A stretch of DNA of 64,000 nucleotides from Spirochaetia bacterium (GCA_965226055.1 CBDDCA010000006.1:258251-322250), one strand, 5' to 3'. Counted from the stretch's first letter, positions 30,830 to 42,032 are shown. Translations and numbers: made by a program. The notes: generated from the sequence alone by a model not told the origin.

Positions 30830-31816
30830 ATGAAAAAATTTAGTTTCATATTACTAATAGTGATAAGTACAATCACTATTGTACCCGTTTTTGCCAATGG
30901 CAATAAAGAAGAAGCAGATAGCTCTAATAATTGGGCAATAAAAAGAGAAGCACAGATCCCCGAAGTGAATGCAAGTAATGTACAAGGAAGCATCATTATT
31001 GCAGGAAGTTCTACTGTATTTCCTGTTGCTGAAAAACTTGCAGATATTTTTCGTGAAGACGGATATACAGGAAATATAAAAGTAGACAGTATTGGAAGTG
31101 GTGCTGGGTTTGAACGCTGGACAAAAGGAGAAACAGATATTGCTAATGCAAGTCGCCCTATTAAAGAAAAAGAAATAAACACTGCACAATCAATAGGAAG
31201 AGATCCTATTGGGTTTCTGATAGGAATTGACGCATTAGTAGTGATAGTAAATCCTGAAAACGACTGGCTTAATGATGTGAGCATTGAAATGCTTGCAAAA
31301 ATTTTTAGCTCTGATAAATGGAGTGATGTAAATCCAAGCTGGCCAAATGCTATGATTGAAAAATTTTCACCAGGAACTGATAGCGGTACATTTGATTACT
31401 TCGTAGAAGCTGTATTTGACAAAGATAAAGAACCACTACTCTCTGCAAACTCACTCCAGCTTTCCGAAGATGACAATATTCTCTCAAGGGGGGTACAAAG
31501 CTCTAAATACGGTATTGGGTACTTTGGATATGCATACTACAATGAAGCAAAAGATACACTCAAAGCTATTAGTATTTCAGGAAGCGTGCCTTCCGAAAAA
31601 AGTGTATACGACAATACATACCCATTAGCACGCCCATTGTACATGTATTCTTCTGCTTCAATTATGCAAGAAAAACAACAAATAGCTGCATTTTTAGCGT
31701 ATACATTGAATAATATAGAAAGCGTTATCACAGAAGTAGGATATTTTCCTGCACGTCAGGCTGATTATACTAACAGTAACAAAGCATGGATGCAAGCAAT
31801 GGAAGGAAACTATTAA
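30830..31816 (+). CDS. pstS: Phosphate ABC transporter substrate-binding protein PstS
   Basis: Signal peptide, SBP fold and GSSTVFP motif. First gene of pstSCAB-phoU. RBS aggaga 7 nt upstream. Confidence 0.9.
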   Translation: MKKFSFILLIVISTITIVPVFANGNKEEADSSNNWAIKREAQIPEVNASNVQGSIIIAGSSTVFPVAEKLADIFREDGYTGNIKVDSIGSGAGFERWTKGETDIANASRPIKEKEINTAQSIGRDPIGFLIGIDALVVIVNPENDWLNDVSIEMLAKIFSSDKWSDVNPSWPNAMIEKFSPGTDSGTFDYFVEAVFDKDKEPLLSANSLQLSEDDNILSRGVQSSKYGIGYFGYAYYNEAKDTLKAISISGSVPSEKSVYDNTYPLARPLYMYSSASIMQEKQQIAAFLAYTLNNIESVITEVGYFPARQADYTNSNKAWMQAMEGNY

Positions 31817-31837
31817 AATAGTAACTATCGTATAACT

Positions 31838-32764
31838 ATGAAAATGCCACGATTACAAGATAAAAATAAGTACCGTCATATCCCAAGAATACATGAACGA
31901 GGTATTGAATGGGTTCTTACCATATGTGGAGTACTCTCTATAATAATAACAATAGCCATCGTGCTCTTTCTTGGCAAAGACGCTCTCCCGTTCTTTCAAG
32001 ACGAAGAAGTTTCATTATGGGAATTTTTTACTTCGACATCGTGGCAACCTGCATTAGGACAGTTAGGCATACTTCCTTTGTTTAATGCAACATTACTTAC
32101 TAGTTTTATAGCCTTACTTTTTGCTACGCCCATTGGTGTTTTTACTGCTATATACTTAAGCGAGTTTGCCAGTACAAGAATACGAAACATACTAAAACCT
32201 ATATTAGAAATGCTTGCAGGCATTCCTTCAATAGTATACGGGTTTTTTGCAGTAGTATTTGTTACCCCTTTACTTCGAACAATTATTGGAAGTGATGTAG
32301 TGAACATTTATAATAATCTTTCTGCAGGTTTAATGATGGGGGTACTCATACTTCCAATTATTACTTCTATGGTAGAAGATTCTCTTCATGCCATACCAAA
32401 CACATTACGGAGTGGAGCCTACGCCTTAGGAGCAACGAAATTTCAGACTGCAACACAGATCGTACTTCCTGCAGCATTTTCTGGAGTATCAGCAAGTATT
32501 ATTATTGGATTATCGCGTGCCATAGGAGAAACTACTATAGCAGCCTTAGCTGCAGGAGCAGGAGCTAATTTCACCTTTAATCCATTTGAATCTGCCGAAA
32601 CTATGACAGGCTATATTCTACGTATTAGCGGTGGAGATGTAAGCTATAATACTATAGACTATACCAGCATTTTTGCTATTGGCATTACATTATTTTTTAT
32701 TACCCTTGGACTAAATATGTTAGGGCAGTATATCAGTAACAAATATAGAGAGGTATACGATTGA
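31838..32764 (+). CDS. pstC: Phosphate ABC transporter permease PstC
   Basis: Six-TM permease with the EAA region (IPNTLRSGAYALGATKFQT). Confidence 0.9.
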   Translation: MKMPRLQDKNKYRHIPRIHERGIEWVLTICGVLSIIITIAIVLFLGKDALPFFQDEEVSLWEFFTSTSWQPALGQLGILPLFNATLLTSFIALLFATPIGVFTAIYLSEFASTRIRNILKPILEMLAGIPSIVYGFFAVVFVTPLLRTIIGSDVVNIYNNLSAGLMMGVLILPIITSMVEDSLHAIPNTLRSGAYALGATKFQTATQIVLPAAFSGVSASIIIGLSRAIGETTIAALAAGAGANFTFNPFESAETMTGYILRISGGDVSYNTIDYTSIFAIGITLFFITLGLNMLGQYISNKYREVYD

Positions 32765-33921
32765 TGAATCTTAAAACAGTAAAAGAAAAATTTCAAATAC
32801 TCTGCTTATTTGCATCATCACTTTTTTCCATACTCATACTCATTACGCTTTTATTCCAAATTCTCAATGAGAATTTTGGATATGTAATGTACGAATACTC
32901 AATAGAAGAAAAAGAGCTTCTCAGCACACCATTGGAACAAGCCAGCAAAGAAGAGATGATTGTTCTCTTAAAAGAAACATTACGCCCTTCTTTACAACGA
33001 AATTTAACAGAAGACACAGCATTTGAAAACCAAACTATTGACACTTTACGCAACCATGTTCGTCAGTACATTCTGAAAGAAAAAATTGTCAAATCATGGT
33101 CACTCTATGATTCTATTACAAAAAAAGATGAAATCTTTGCACAAGCTACCAGTACTAAAAACCGAATAGTATTTCATTCTTGGCTAAACCCTAACTTCAT
33201 AATTTCAAAACAAAGTACCGAAGCAAGTACAACAGGAATTCGAACTGCTATACTTGGTACATTATGGGTTATTACGATTGCTGCTTTATTTTCTATTCCG
33301 TTTGGTGTTGCAACTGCAATATATCTGGAAGAATACGCAAAAAAAAATATGCTCACAAACATTATTACCACCAATATTTATAATCTTGCAGGAGTTCCCT
33401 CTGTTATATATGGATTACTTGGACTAGCACTCTTTGTTCGTATTTTTGAACCTATCACACAAGGAAGAACAATACTATCTGCTGGACTTACCTTAGGGCT
33501 TATGTGTTTACCTATGATAATCATCAACTCTCAAGAAGCCATTAAAGCTGTCCCTAACACCTTACGTTATTCTAGTTATGCACTTGGAGCAACAAAATGG
33601 CAAACCATCCTGTACCATGTACTTCCCTACTCTTTAGAACGCATTATTACAGGCATTATACTTGCTCTTTCTCGAGCAATAGGAGAAACCGCTCCTCTTG
33701 TTATCATAGGGGCAGCAACATTTATCAGTGTAGATCCCAACAACATCTTTGCCAGCTTTACTGCATTACCCATTCAAATATATCAATGGGCATCACGCCC
33801 TCAACACATTTATTACAACACAAGCTCAGCAGCAATTATCGTATTACTTATTCTCATTTTAATAGTAAACATTATTCCTATTAGTATACGAAATAGGCTG
33901 TCAAAAAAAGTAAAAATATAA
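32761..33921 (+). CDS. pstA: Phosphate ABC transporter permease PstA (with a long N-terminal periplasmic insertion)
   Basis: The C-terminal 280 aa form a PstA-type permease (VPNTLRYSSYALGATKWQT). The N-terminal ~110 aa are an extra hydrophilic loop after TM1. Confidence 0.85.
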   Translation: MMNLKTVKEKFQILCLFASSLFSILILITLLFQILNENFGYVMYEYSIEEKELLSTPLEQASKEEMIVLLKETLRPSLQRNLTEDTAFENQTIDTLRNHVRQYILKEKIVKSWSLYDSITKKDEIFAQATSTKNRIVFHSWLNPNFIISKQSTEASTTGIRTAILGTLWVITIAALFSIPFGVATAIYLEEYAKKNMLTNIITTNIYNLAGVPSVIYGLLGLALFVRIFEPITQGRTILSAGLTLGLMCLPMIIINSQEAIKAVPNTLRYSSYALGATKWQTILYHVLPYSLERIITGIILALSRAIGETAPLVIIGAATFISVDPNNIFASFTALPIQIYQWASRPQHIYYNTSSAAIIVLLILILIVNIIPISIRNRLSKKVKI

Positions 33922-33941
33922 GAGAATGAAAGTAGGACATT

Positions 33942-34727
33942 ATGAACACAAAAAATAACACCCTCTTACAAACAAAAAAACTCAATTTTTATTATAACTA
34001 CGATAAAAAGAAACCTTCAAGTATGATACATGCACTTACAGATATTTCTCTTGAAATAGAGCACAACACAATCTGTGCACTTATAGGACCTTCTGGGTGT
34101 GGAAAGAGTACTTTCTTACGTTGTATAAACCGTATGAACGATCTCATCCCTCATACAAAAGCGGAAGGGGAAATTCTTGTAAAAGGAAAAAATATCTTTG
34201 ATTCTGAAGTAGATCCAGTAGAAGTACGAAAAGAGATAGGAATGGTATTTCAAAAGCCCAATCCTTTTCCTAAAAGTATTTATGAAAATATAGCATGGGG
34301 GGCACGTATCAATGGTATCACTAAAAACCTTGATGAACTGGTAGAAAAAAACCTTGTGAATGCTGGACTATGGGATGAAGTAAAAGATAAACTAAAATCA
34401 AGTGCACTCTCTCTATCAGGAGGACAACAACAACGACTTTGCATTGCTCGTACATTAGCAATAAATCCGCAAATAATTCTTATGGATGAACCAACATCGG
34501 CACTTGATCCCATATCAACGTCTGTAATTGAGAACTTGATTATTGAGCTAAGAAAATCTTATACTATAATTATAGTAACTCATAATATGCAACAGGCAGG
34601 AAGAATATCAGACGATACCGCATTTTTCCTTAATGGTGTCCTCATAGAATGCGACAAAACAGCAGACATGTTTGTAAAACCCAAAAACATAAAAACAGAA
34701 GAATATATTACTGGCAAATTCGGATAA
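33942..34727 (+). CDS. pstB: Phosphate ABC transporter ATP-binding protein PstB
   Basis: Walker [18 protein letters not shown] signature and Walker [12 protein letters not shown]. Confidence 0.9.
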   Translation: MNTKNNTLLQTKKLNFYYNYDKKKPSSMIHALTDISLEIEHNTICALIGPSGCGKSTFLRCINRMNDLIPHTKAEGEILVKGKNIFDSEVDPVEVRKEIGMVFQKPNPFPKSIYENIAWGARINGITKNLDELVEKNLVNAGLWDEVKDKLKSSALSLSGGQQQRLCIARTLAINPQIILMDEPTSALDPISTSVIENLIIELRKSYTIIIVTHNMQQAGRISDDTAFFLNGVLIECDKTADMFVKPKNIKTEEYITGKFG

Positions 34728-34743
34728 ATTTATAGGAGATAAT

Positions 34744-35403
34744 ATGACATTAATAAGAGAACATTTTAATCAAGCACAAAATGAAATAGAGAAACGCATC
34801 ATTCGTTTTTCTTCAATGATATCAGATACATTACACAAAGCATTTAATACAGTGCTAGCATTAGATTTATCAGAAGCGAAACAGATTATTGAACACGATA
34901 AACTAATTGATGAAGAACAACGTAAAATTGAAGAAGCATGTGTAAAAATACTTGCAACGGAACAACCAGTGGCATCAGATTTACGGAGTTTAGTAGCATA
35001 CATAAAAGAGCTTTCTCTGTATGAAAAAATTGGAGATTATGCAAAAAGTATGTGCTTAAATACCGAGATGGTAACAAAACAGCTTATTGAAGAATATTCT
35101 CCTCATATCATTGCTCAACGAAAGGTAGTATTTGAAATGCTTGAAAGTACTATTGAAGCTTTAGTAAAAAAAGACGCAAACTTAGCACGCGATACTGCTC
35201 AAAAAGATAATCAACTTGACAAAAATTACCGTGCCACACAAAGAGAGCTCCTTAAAAAACTTGATAACAATGATATACATCATGAAAGTATAGTTGCATT
35301 TATCAATATTATTAAATGTTTTGAAAGAATTGGAGACATGATAAGCATCATTGACGAATTGATAGTATATGCTGTTAATGGCATACATGAAGACCTAAAC
35401 TAA
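34744..35403 (+). CDS. phoU: Phosphate signalling complex protein PhoU
   Basis: Two PhoU repeats (E..D..A motifs). Immediately downstream of pstB. Confidence 0.85.
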   Translation: MTLIREHFNQAQNEIEKRIIRFSSMISDTLHKAFNTVLALDLSEAKQIIEHDKLIDEEQRKIEEACVKILATEQPVASDLRSLVAYIKELSLYEKIGDYAKSMCLNTEMVTKQLIEEYSPHIIAQRKVVFEMLESTIEALVKKDANLARDTAQKDNQLDKNYRATQRELLKKLDNNDIHHESIVAFINIIKCFERIGDMISIIDELIVYAVNGIHEDLN

Positions 35404-35417
35404 AAAGCTATTGTTGT

Positions 35418-36128
35418 ATGTCAGTGTCATCCCTGCCATCTGTTCTTATTGCTGATGATGATAAAGAAATATGTAAGCTTATTGAAATACTTATAAAGCC
35501 CATAAGTAGCACTACCACAATAACAAATACTGGAAAACAAACCTTACAATGTATTGAAACATCTATACCAGATGTTATTATACTTGATCTCAGTTTTCCT
35601 GATCTTGACGGATTTTCAATTTGCTCATGGATTCGCAAGAATGAAACAATACCACAACCTATCATTATAGTACTTACCGCAAGAAATTCGGACAAAGATA
35701 AAATAAACAGCTTTGATATTGGTGCAGATGAATACATAAGCAAACCGTTTAGTCCAGCATTTCTTAGTAAAAGAATACATATGCTATGGCAACAAAAAAA
35801 TAGTAGCAACAGTGCCACAACCAACACTACAAAGATTCAGTTTAATGAAATCGTGCTTGATATAGAACAAAAAAGAGCATTTATCGAAGAGAGTGAAATA
35901 TATCTTACCTTTATGGAATGGCAGATACTTTTATTATTTATGAAACATCCCGGAAAAGTATTATCACGTTCTTTCATTATCCAACATGTAAAAGGAGATA
36001 ACTTTATTATATATGATAGAGTAATTGATGTTCATATTGTAGCATTACGAAAAAAATTAGGACACTTAAAATCATATATCTGCACAAAACGAAGTATGGG
36101 ATATTATCTTGATAATACAAAAAAATAA
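35418..36128 (+). CDS. OmpR/PhoB-family response regulator
   Basis: Receiver domain (LIADDD...DVIILDL) and a C-terminal winged-helix trans_reg_C domain. Confidence 0.85.
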   Translation: MSVSSLPSVLIADDDKEICKLIEILIKPISSTTTITNTGKQTLQCIETSIPDVIILDLSFPDLDGFSICSWIRKNETIPQPIIIVLTARNSDKDKINSFDIGADEYISKPFSPAFLSKRIHMLWQQKNSSNSATTNTTKIQFNEIVLDIEQKRAFIEESEIYLTFMEWQILLLFMKHPGKVLSRSFIIQHVKGDNFIIYDRVIDVHIVALRKKLGHLKSYICTKRSMGYYLDNTKK

Positions 36129-37161
36129 TAACAATACCCTCGATTATACAAACTATCTCAGCTTATTAAAAGCATCAAACTTTTTATCACCTTGGTGTAT
36201 AATAAATAAAAATCTCACTATTGTAGAAGCACATCAAAAAATAACATCATTTTCAAAGTTTGATACTGTAGTAGGACTTCATATTCTTCAAGCGTTTCTC
36301 AGTCATATATTAGAAGAACATCTTGAACAATTTCTTCTCACTGAAGAAAGAAGCAACACTATCGTAGTTCCAATCCATGAACAGCAATATCATATTGAAA
36401 TATCAAAAATACAAAATAGCCCCTATATATTGCTTATATTTATGAAGCTACAAGACAGTACACTTGATAAGAATGAAAAAACAGAGGAAATATTTATTCA
36501 AAATATATCACATGAATTACGTACTCCCCTTACTATTATATTAGGCTATATTGAACACATTACCACCAATCAAACTACTGATACATTTAAGGAAGAACTG
36601 TACTGTATTCAACAACAAGGACATCGACTGCACAATATTATTGATGCTCTTACATACCTATACTTTCCTAAACATTTTCAACAACAAACACCTGACACAT
36701 ATGAAAACATTAACAATATCATTACAGAATTCTTAGGCACACAAATTACCAAAAAAAAGAAATCATATATTTCCTTTATTCAGTGTCAAAAAAACACACA
36801 CATAAACATAAACAAAGTACTCTTATATATCGTTCTCTACAACCTTATTGATAATGCTATAAAATTTTCTTCAAACGAACCGCATATCATCATTACTGCC
36901 AAAGATAAAAAAGATACCATAGTAGTATCAATACAAGACCAAGGAATGGGCATTCCAGAACATCTTCACGAAAAAATATTTGAACGATTTTATCGTGTTA
37001 CTAGCACCGATCACCAAACAACACAAGGCTCAGGACTTGGACTGACAATAACAAAAAAAATCATACAGACAATGAACAGTAGCATACAGCTACAGAGTGC
37101 TGTACACAAAGGAACTACTGTAATACTCACCTTTCCGAAAGACACTCATAAAAATGTATAG
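36109..37161 (+). CDS. Sensor histidine kinase (PhoR-like, apparently soluble with no TM segments)
   Basis: H-box ISHELRTPLTII, N-box LIDNAIKFS, G-box GSGLGLTI. Overlaps the response-regulator gene. Confidence 0.85.
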   Translation: MIIQKNNNNTLDYTNYLSLLKASNFLSPWCIINKNLTIVEAHQKITSFSKFDTVVGLHILQAFLSHILEEHLEQFLLTEERSNTIVVPIHEQQYHIEISKIQNSPYILLIFMKLQDSTLDKNEKTEEIFIQNISHELRTPLTIILGYIEHITTNQTTDTFKEELYCIQQQGHRLHNIIDALTYLYFPKHFQQQTPDTYENINNIITEFLGTQITKKKKSYISFIQCQKNTHININKVLLYIVLYNLIDNAIKFSSNEPHIIITAKDKKDTIVVSIQDQGMGIPEHLHEKIFERFYRVTSTDHQTTQGSGLGLTITKKIIQTMNSSIQLQSAVHKGTTVILTFPKDTHKNV

Positions 37162-37179
37162 CTATCATTTTCTGTAGTG

Positions 37180-38484
37180 CTAAGGAATAATGTTACTTAC
37201 AAGATAGTCTCTATTATACATGATAACTCTACCCAACTTATACTCTCTCCATTTCACAAGAATAGGTTGAGGAACAATATTCTTTTCTTGCTCCAACTGT
37301 GTTACAGTGAACATCGTACTATCATATATAGTAGCTATTTCTAAACGCTCTTTGAGCATTGTTACTAAATTACCATCAACAGACCATAATTTTATTCTTG
37401 CATCCTTTCCTGCACTTGCAATACTATTGCTCTTTCCATTAAAAGCAACTGTCCATATACGATCATTATTATCCTTAATACTTCGTTCTAAAGTAGCATT
37501 TTTTACATTCCATATATTTATACTCTCATCAGCACTACTACTAATAATATACTTTGAATCAGCACTAAACCCAACAGCATATATATTTGAAGCATGTCCT
37601 TTTAGTACACGACTTGCTCGCAGTCCTTCTTTAGACGACTTTGCCTGTGCTAAGTCATCCAACGAGTATACTATTATCGTACAATCATCACTAGCACTTG
37701 CAAGATATTTTCCATCTGCACTAAACGCCAACGCATTGACATCTCCGTAATGTCTTCTAAAGCTCTGTAAAGCAGTTATGTTTCTGTCTTGCTTTGCCAT
37801 TTCTGTATTAAAAGGAACATTCCAAAATCGTACAATATTATCTGTACCACCACTTGCAAGATATGTTCCGTCAGAACTATATGCTATAACATGTATCTCC
37901 TGTTGTGTCTGTAGCTCATCTATAAGCTGTGCATTCTCTACATCCCATATACGAATACTTCCATCTTTTCCCGCACTTGCAAGAGTATTTTCACTAGGAT
38001 GAAATGCTATAGTATACCCCTCGTTCTGTGAGATAGTATGATTTTGTGACTTATCCTGAAATTGAGCTTGAATTTGAGTAAGGATATTCCCTTTATTTGT
38101 TAGATCCCAAATAGTAATAGTACCATCAACACTCACACTTGCTACCAACGTTCCACTAGGACTATATAGTACTTGAGAAATAGCAGAGCTATGTCCTTCT
38201 AAACTACGAATAATCTGATAACTGTTTAGGTCCCATAGTTTGACTGTATTATCTTTTGATCCACTCACAAGAAAATTACCACTAGGAGAAAATGCAATGC
38301 TAACAACATCATCACTATGAATGGGCTGTGGCTCTAACCTTTCTAAGCCTACTTGTTGCATAAAATCAAGGGCTGACCCCTTCGCTACTTCCTGCTCTTC
38401 CTTATATGATGTACAGCTTGTTGCTACCAAGAGAACATAAAAAAAAGAGATTATAAATATACACTGTAATAATTGCTGTTTCAT
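37180..38484 (-). CDS. WD40-repeat lipoprotein
   Basis: Lipobox LVATSC, then seven or more WD-like repeats (e.g. GSKDNTVKLWD, SVDGTITIWD). Confidence 0.75.
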   Translation of the reverse strand: MKQQLLQCIFIISFFYVLLVATSCTSYKEEQEVAKGSALDFMQQVGLERLEPQPIHSDDVVSIAFSPSGNFLVSGSKDNTVKLWDLNSYQIIRSLEGHSSAISQVLYSPSGTLVASVSVDGTITIWDLTNKGNILTQIQAQFQDKSQNHTISQNEGYTIAFHPSENTLASAGKDGSIRIWDVENAQLIDELQTQQEIHVIAYSSDGTYLASGGTDNIVRFWNVPFNTEMAKQDRNITALQSFRRHYGDVNALAFSADGKYLASASDDCTIIVYSLDDLAQAKSSKEGLRASRVLKGHASNIYAVGFSADSKYIISSSADESINIWNVKNATLERSIKDNNDRIWTVAFNGKSNSIASAGKDARIKLWSVDGNLVTMLKERLEIATIYDSTMFTVTQLEQEKNIVPQPILVKWREYKLGRVIMYNRDYLVSNIIP

Positions 38485-38668
38485 GTAAATACACTATGAG
38501 TGTATTCTTATTATCTGCAATTTTAATCAAAAATTTTACTACTTTGATAAATATATTAGTATTTATTTTCCTGCATGTATACAACATAAGTACTAGATAC
38601 TCCTCTATAGCAGATACTTGCACCAATAATACAGATTTTATCAAATGTTCATTATAAAACTCCTATTA

Positions 38669-41116
38669 TCAAATTCCCAGTGCATTCAACCTCAGTCTCT
38701 CTGTTGTAGTTTGTACAGTCTTTGCTTGATACCCCTTAAGCGGAATAAGATTTTGGTGAATAGCATCCAATATAGTATGTTTAGTAGGAAAATACTCCAA
38801 TTCCAAATCAGCAGGAGGCGTAATAAGATTTTTTGCACCAACAACAAAAGGAGGAGCATCTAAATAATCAAATACCACTGTACTAAGATTACTTGCTACA
38901 GTATGCATAAATGAACCTCTTTCCACTGCATCACTTACTAATAGTACCTTTCCTGTTTTTTTTACCGATTCTATAAGAATATCATATTGTAATGGATTTA
39001 TAAAACGAAGATCAATAACATCTGATTCTATACCATGTTTTGTCGAGAGATACTGTGATGCTTCCAATGCTGGATACAGAGTTGGCCCTACTGTAATAAT
39101 ACTAAGATGCTTTCCGTTTCTCCGCTGTACAGGAACACCCAATTCTACTGTATAATGCTCCTGTGGTACTCCCTGTGAATAAAACAGCTCTCCTTTACTA
39201 TACAATTTTTGACTTTCAAAAAATATCACAGGGTTACTTGCACTCAATGCTGTAGCAAGCATCCCTTTTGCATCATAGGGAGTGACAGGATACATGACTT
39301 GTAACCCAGGTATGTGTGCCACAAGAGATGTCCAATCTTGTGAATGCTGTGGCCCATACTTAGTTCCCACTGATACACGCAGCACTAATGGCATTTGTAA
39401 TGCTAACGCACTCATGCCTTGCCACTTTGACATCTGATTAAATACTTCATCTCCAGCCCTCCCAAGAAAATCACAATACATAAGCTCCACTAATGCCCGT
39501 CCTCCACTGAGAGCATACCCTATAGCTGTACCAACAATAGCACTTTCTGCAATAGGAGGGTTAAACAATCTATGATATGGCAACGACTCAGTTAAGCCAC
39601 GATAACACGCAAACGCTCCTCCCCAATCTCTATTTTCTTCTCCATATAATATCAACTTTGAATCAGTATATGCACTATGTAGCACAGCTTCAAATATCCC
39701 ATCACGCAATGTATACACCTGAGATTCTGGATATGGTTTTTTTTGTTCATCAAAAGCATAGCGTTTTTTACTTAATAGCTGTTTTACACGAGAATTTTCC
39801 TCTTGTGGAATACGTACTTCTGGTATATCATTTGTAGTGTATGCTTTTTGAGAAAACATTCTATTCTCAATAGCAGCAACAGTAACAAAAGGATTTTCCT
39901 CTGTACGAATAACAAGCTCAAGTGTCTTCTTTATTTTTATCATAACATCTTCATGAAAAGAAGAACATGCTTCTTCACTTACAATAGCATGAGATAGCAA
40001 ATAATTAGCATACTCTATAATTGGATCTTTTTCCTTAAAGCTATCAATTTCCTCTTTTGTTCTATATGAAGAAACATCAGAAGAAGAATGACCTGAAATT
40101 CTATATGTAATCGTATCAAGCAAAACAGGCCCACGCCCTTGTAATAGAATTTCTTTTTTTCTCCGCGTAGCATCAGCCACCGCTAATGGATTAAAGCCAT
40201 CGACTCTTTCTGCATACATAGCATTTGCATTCACCCCCGATGCAATACGAGCCATAACCCCTATCCCCATAGTTTCCCCAACAGTTTGCCCTCCCATACC
40301 ATAAAAATTATTAAAGATATTCATCAGATATGGCGGAGCTCCCTCTTTATCCCAAAGACTATAGTACTGTTCCATTGAAGAAAACATAAGAGCTTCCCAT
40401 ACTGCTCCACATGCCATAGCAGCATCCCCTATATTTGCAATTACTATGCCCGGTGTATTATGTATTTTTTTATACAAAGCAGCCCCCAATGCAATAGTAG
40501 CACTGCCTCCCACTATAGCATTATTTGGCATACTTCCCAACGGAAAAAAGAATGCATGCATTGATCCTCCGATCCCTGCATTAAATCCATTTTCTCTTGC
40601 AAAAATTTCCGAAAGCAACCCATACAATACACAATATTCCGCAACATCATACATATTTTTTGCGAGCTTATGCTTTTCAACAATATGTAGCAGAGTACCT
40701 TCTCTATAATTCAAGAACAATGTATATAAATCATTTTCATTTAAGCCTCGAATAGCCGAAAAACATTTTGCTATAATCTCACCATGACTACGATGAGAAC
40801 CAAAAATAATATCATTTTTTTCTAAAGCAAGACATTGTCCTACAGCAGCTGATTCCTGTCCAATAGATAAATGTACTGCCCCTCTATGAGTGTAGCGTAT
40901 GTTCTGATATTCTCCCTTTGTTTTTATAGCACTAAGCATTTGCTCAAATTCTCGAATTATGAGCATATCATAATATACTCTTCTTAACCTTTCTCTCCCG
41001 TACCGTTCCAGTTCTCTATAAAAATGAGGTTGATACGCATTTATTGGAATAGACGCAGACTCTAACACATCTGCTTTGCGTATTTCATCTTTTTGTAACA
41101 ATATACTCTTTGGCAT
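38669..41116 (-). CDS. Fused E1 alpha/beta component of a TPP-dependent 2-oxoacid (pyruvate/acetoin-type) dehydrogenase
   Basis: The N-terminal half has the E1 alpha TPP motif (IGDAAMACGAVWEAL...NNFYGMGG). The C-terminal half has transketolase-like pyrimidine-binding and C-terminal domains. Confidence 0.8.
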   Translation of the reverse strand: MPKSILLQKDEIRKADVLESASIPINAYQPHFYRELERYGRERLRRVYYDMLIIREFEQMLSAIKTKGEYQNIRYTHRGAVHLSIGQESAAVGQCLALEKNDIIFGSHRSHGEIIAKCFSAIRGLNENDLYTLFLNYREGTLLHIVEKHKLAKNMYDVAEYCVLYGLLSEIFARENGFNAGIGGSMHAFFFPLGSMPNNAIVGGSATIALGAALYKKIHNTPGIVIANIGDAAMACGAVWEALMFSSMEQYYSLWDKEGAPPYLMNIFNNFYGMGGQTVGETMGIGVMARIASGVNANAMYAERVDGFNPLAVADATRRKKEILLQGRGPVLLDTITYRISGHSSSDVSSYRTKEEIDSFKEKDPIIEYANYLLSHAIVSEEACSSFHEDVMIKIKKTLELVIRTEENPFVTVAAIENRMFSQKAYTTNDIPEVRIPQEENSRVKQLLSKKRYAFDEQKKPYPESQVYTLRDGIFEAVLHSAYTDSKLILYGEENRDWGGAFACYRGLTESLPYHRLFNPPIAESAIVGTAIGYALSGGRALVELMYCDFLGRAGDEVFNQMSKWQGMSALALQMPLVLRVSVGTKYGPQHSQDWTSLVAHIPGLQVMYPVTPYDAKGMLATALSASNPVIFFESQKLYSKGELFYSQGVPQEHYTVELGVPVQRRNGKHLSIITVGPTLYPALEASQYLSTKHGIESDVIDLRFINPLQYDILIESVKKTGKVLLVSDAVERGSFMHTVASNLSTVVFDYLDAPPFVVGAKNLITPPADLELEYFPTKHTILDAIHQNLIPLKGYQAKTVQTTTERLRLNALGI

Positions 41117-41222
41117 ACTTATTTATAGTGTATCATGTATTTTTATTGAAAAAAACTACTACTTGCACTCAATCTTCAATATTGTTAGGATACATACATT
41201 TTCACTTTCTTTTTGGCATCTC

Positions 41223-42032
41223 TCATACTACAGATGAAGGCGAAAAGTGAGCTATGGCTAACGATACTTTGTGTAAAAATCCAGCTGCTTGTACTTCATT
41301 ATATGCTCTACTATCAAAAGAAAATGATAATGTCACATACGGCTTAAAAGATACTCCCCCATCAGCTGTATATCTTGCCTGTGGCACAATAGGACTTATT
41401 CCTAATATGCCCGTCTGTGGAATAGTGAGAACAGGAGTATAGTGTTCTATCCCATATGATCCAAAATTACTTATAGTAAATGTAGCTCCTTTAAGGGACT
41501 GTGCATCTATACTATTGTTTCTACACTTATGTATAAGAATTTTTGCATTCTGTGATATTTCGTTAAGAGACTGTGTATGTGCATTTCGTAACACTGGCAT
41601 TAGTACCCCAGAAGGACTATTTACCATAAAAGAAAGATGTACCGAACTATGCTCAACAATTTGGTTTCCATCTTCTCGCAAAGAATTTATAAAAGTACAC
41701 TCTGCAAGCACACGAGAACAAATATACAAAAACATATCATTTAGAGTAATAGTTTTATTCTGTGTTTTATATTGCTTATGGGATCGCTGAACAGATCTTG
41801 CATCTGCTGACATTGTTATTGTGCGCTGCTCAATGCTCCTTACCTGTTCTTGTTGCAATAAAAACGAACGAATAGTAGCTTCTTCTATCCTTAACAAAGA
41901 GTTCTGTTCAATATACAAGTGAAACAATGGGTAAAGGGAAACAAACTGTTCAAAACTCCACCCTCTTTGTGTAAGATAGCGTTTTGCTCGGGGACTTAGA
42001 TGCACAGAAGGAAGAGTAGCTATTTCTGTCAT
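41223..42032 (-). CDS. E2-like acyltransferase core (PSBD plus catalytic domain) with no lipoyl domain and the catalytic His replaced
   Basis: N-terminal peripheral-subunit-binding motif (LSPRAKRYLTQRGWSFEQ). A 2-oxoacid dehydrogenase acyltransferase fold ends in LSFSFDSRAYNEV where the DHRxxDG motif is expected. Confidence 0.7.
   Translation of the reverse strand: MTEIATLPSVHLSPRAKRYLTQRGWSFEQFVSLYPLFHLYIEQNSLLRIEEATIRSFLLQQEQVRSIEQRTITMSADARSVQRSHKQYKTQNKTITLNDMFLYICSRVLAECTFINSLREDGNQIVEHSSVHLSFMVNSPSGVLMPVLRNAHTQSLNEISQNAKILIHKCRNNSIDAQSLKGATFTISNFGSYGIEHYTPVLTIPQTGILGISPIVPQARYTADGGVSFKPYVTLSFSFDSRAYNEVQAAGFLHKVSLAIAHFSPSSVV

Noticed and set aside
30802-31284. 160-aa and 111-aa minus-strand ORFs overlapping pstS
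   Set aside because: Antisense to a confidently identified pstS. No independent motifs.
36109-37161. Histidine kinase with no transmembrane segments might be a truncated pseudogene
   Set aside because: H, N, G1 and G2 boxes are all intact and the gene overlaps its response regulator in operon fashion. A soluble sensor kinase is a sufficient explanation.
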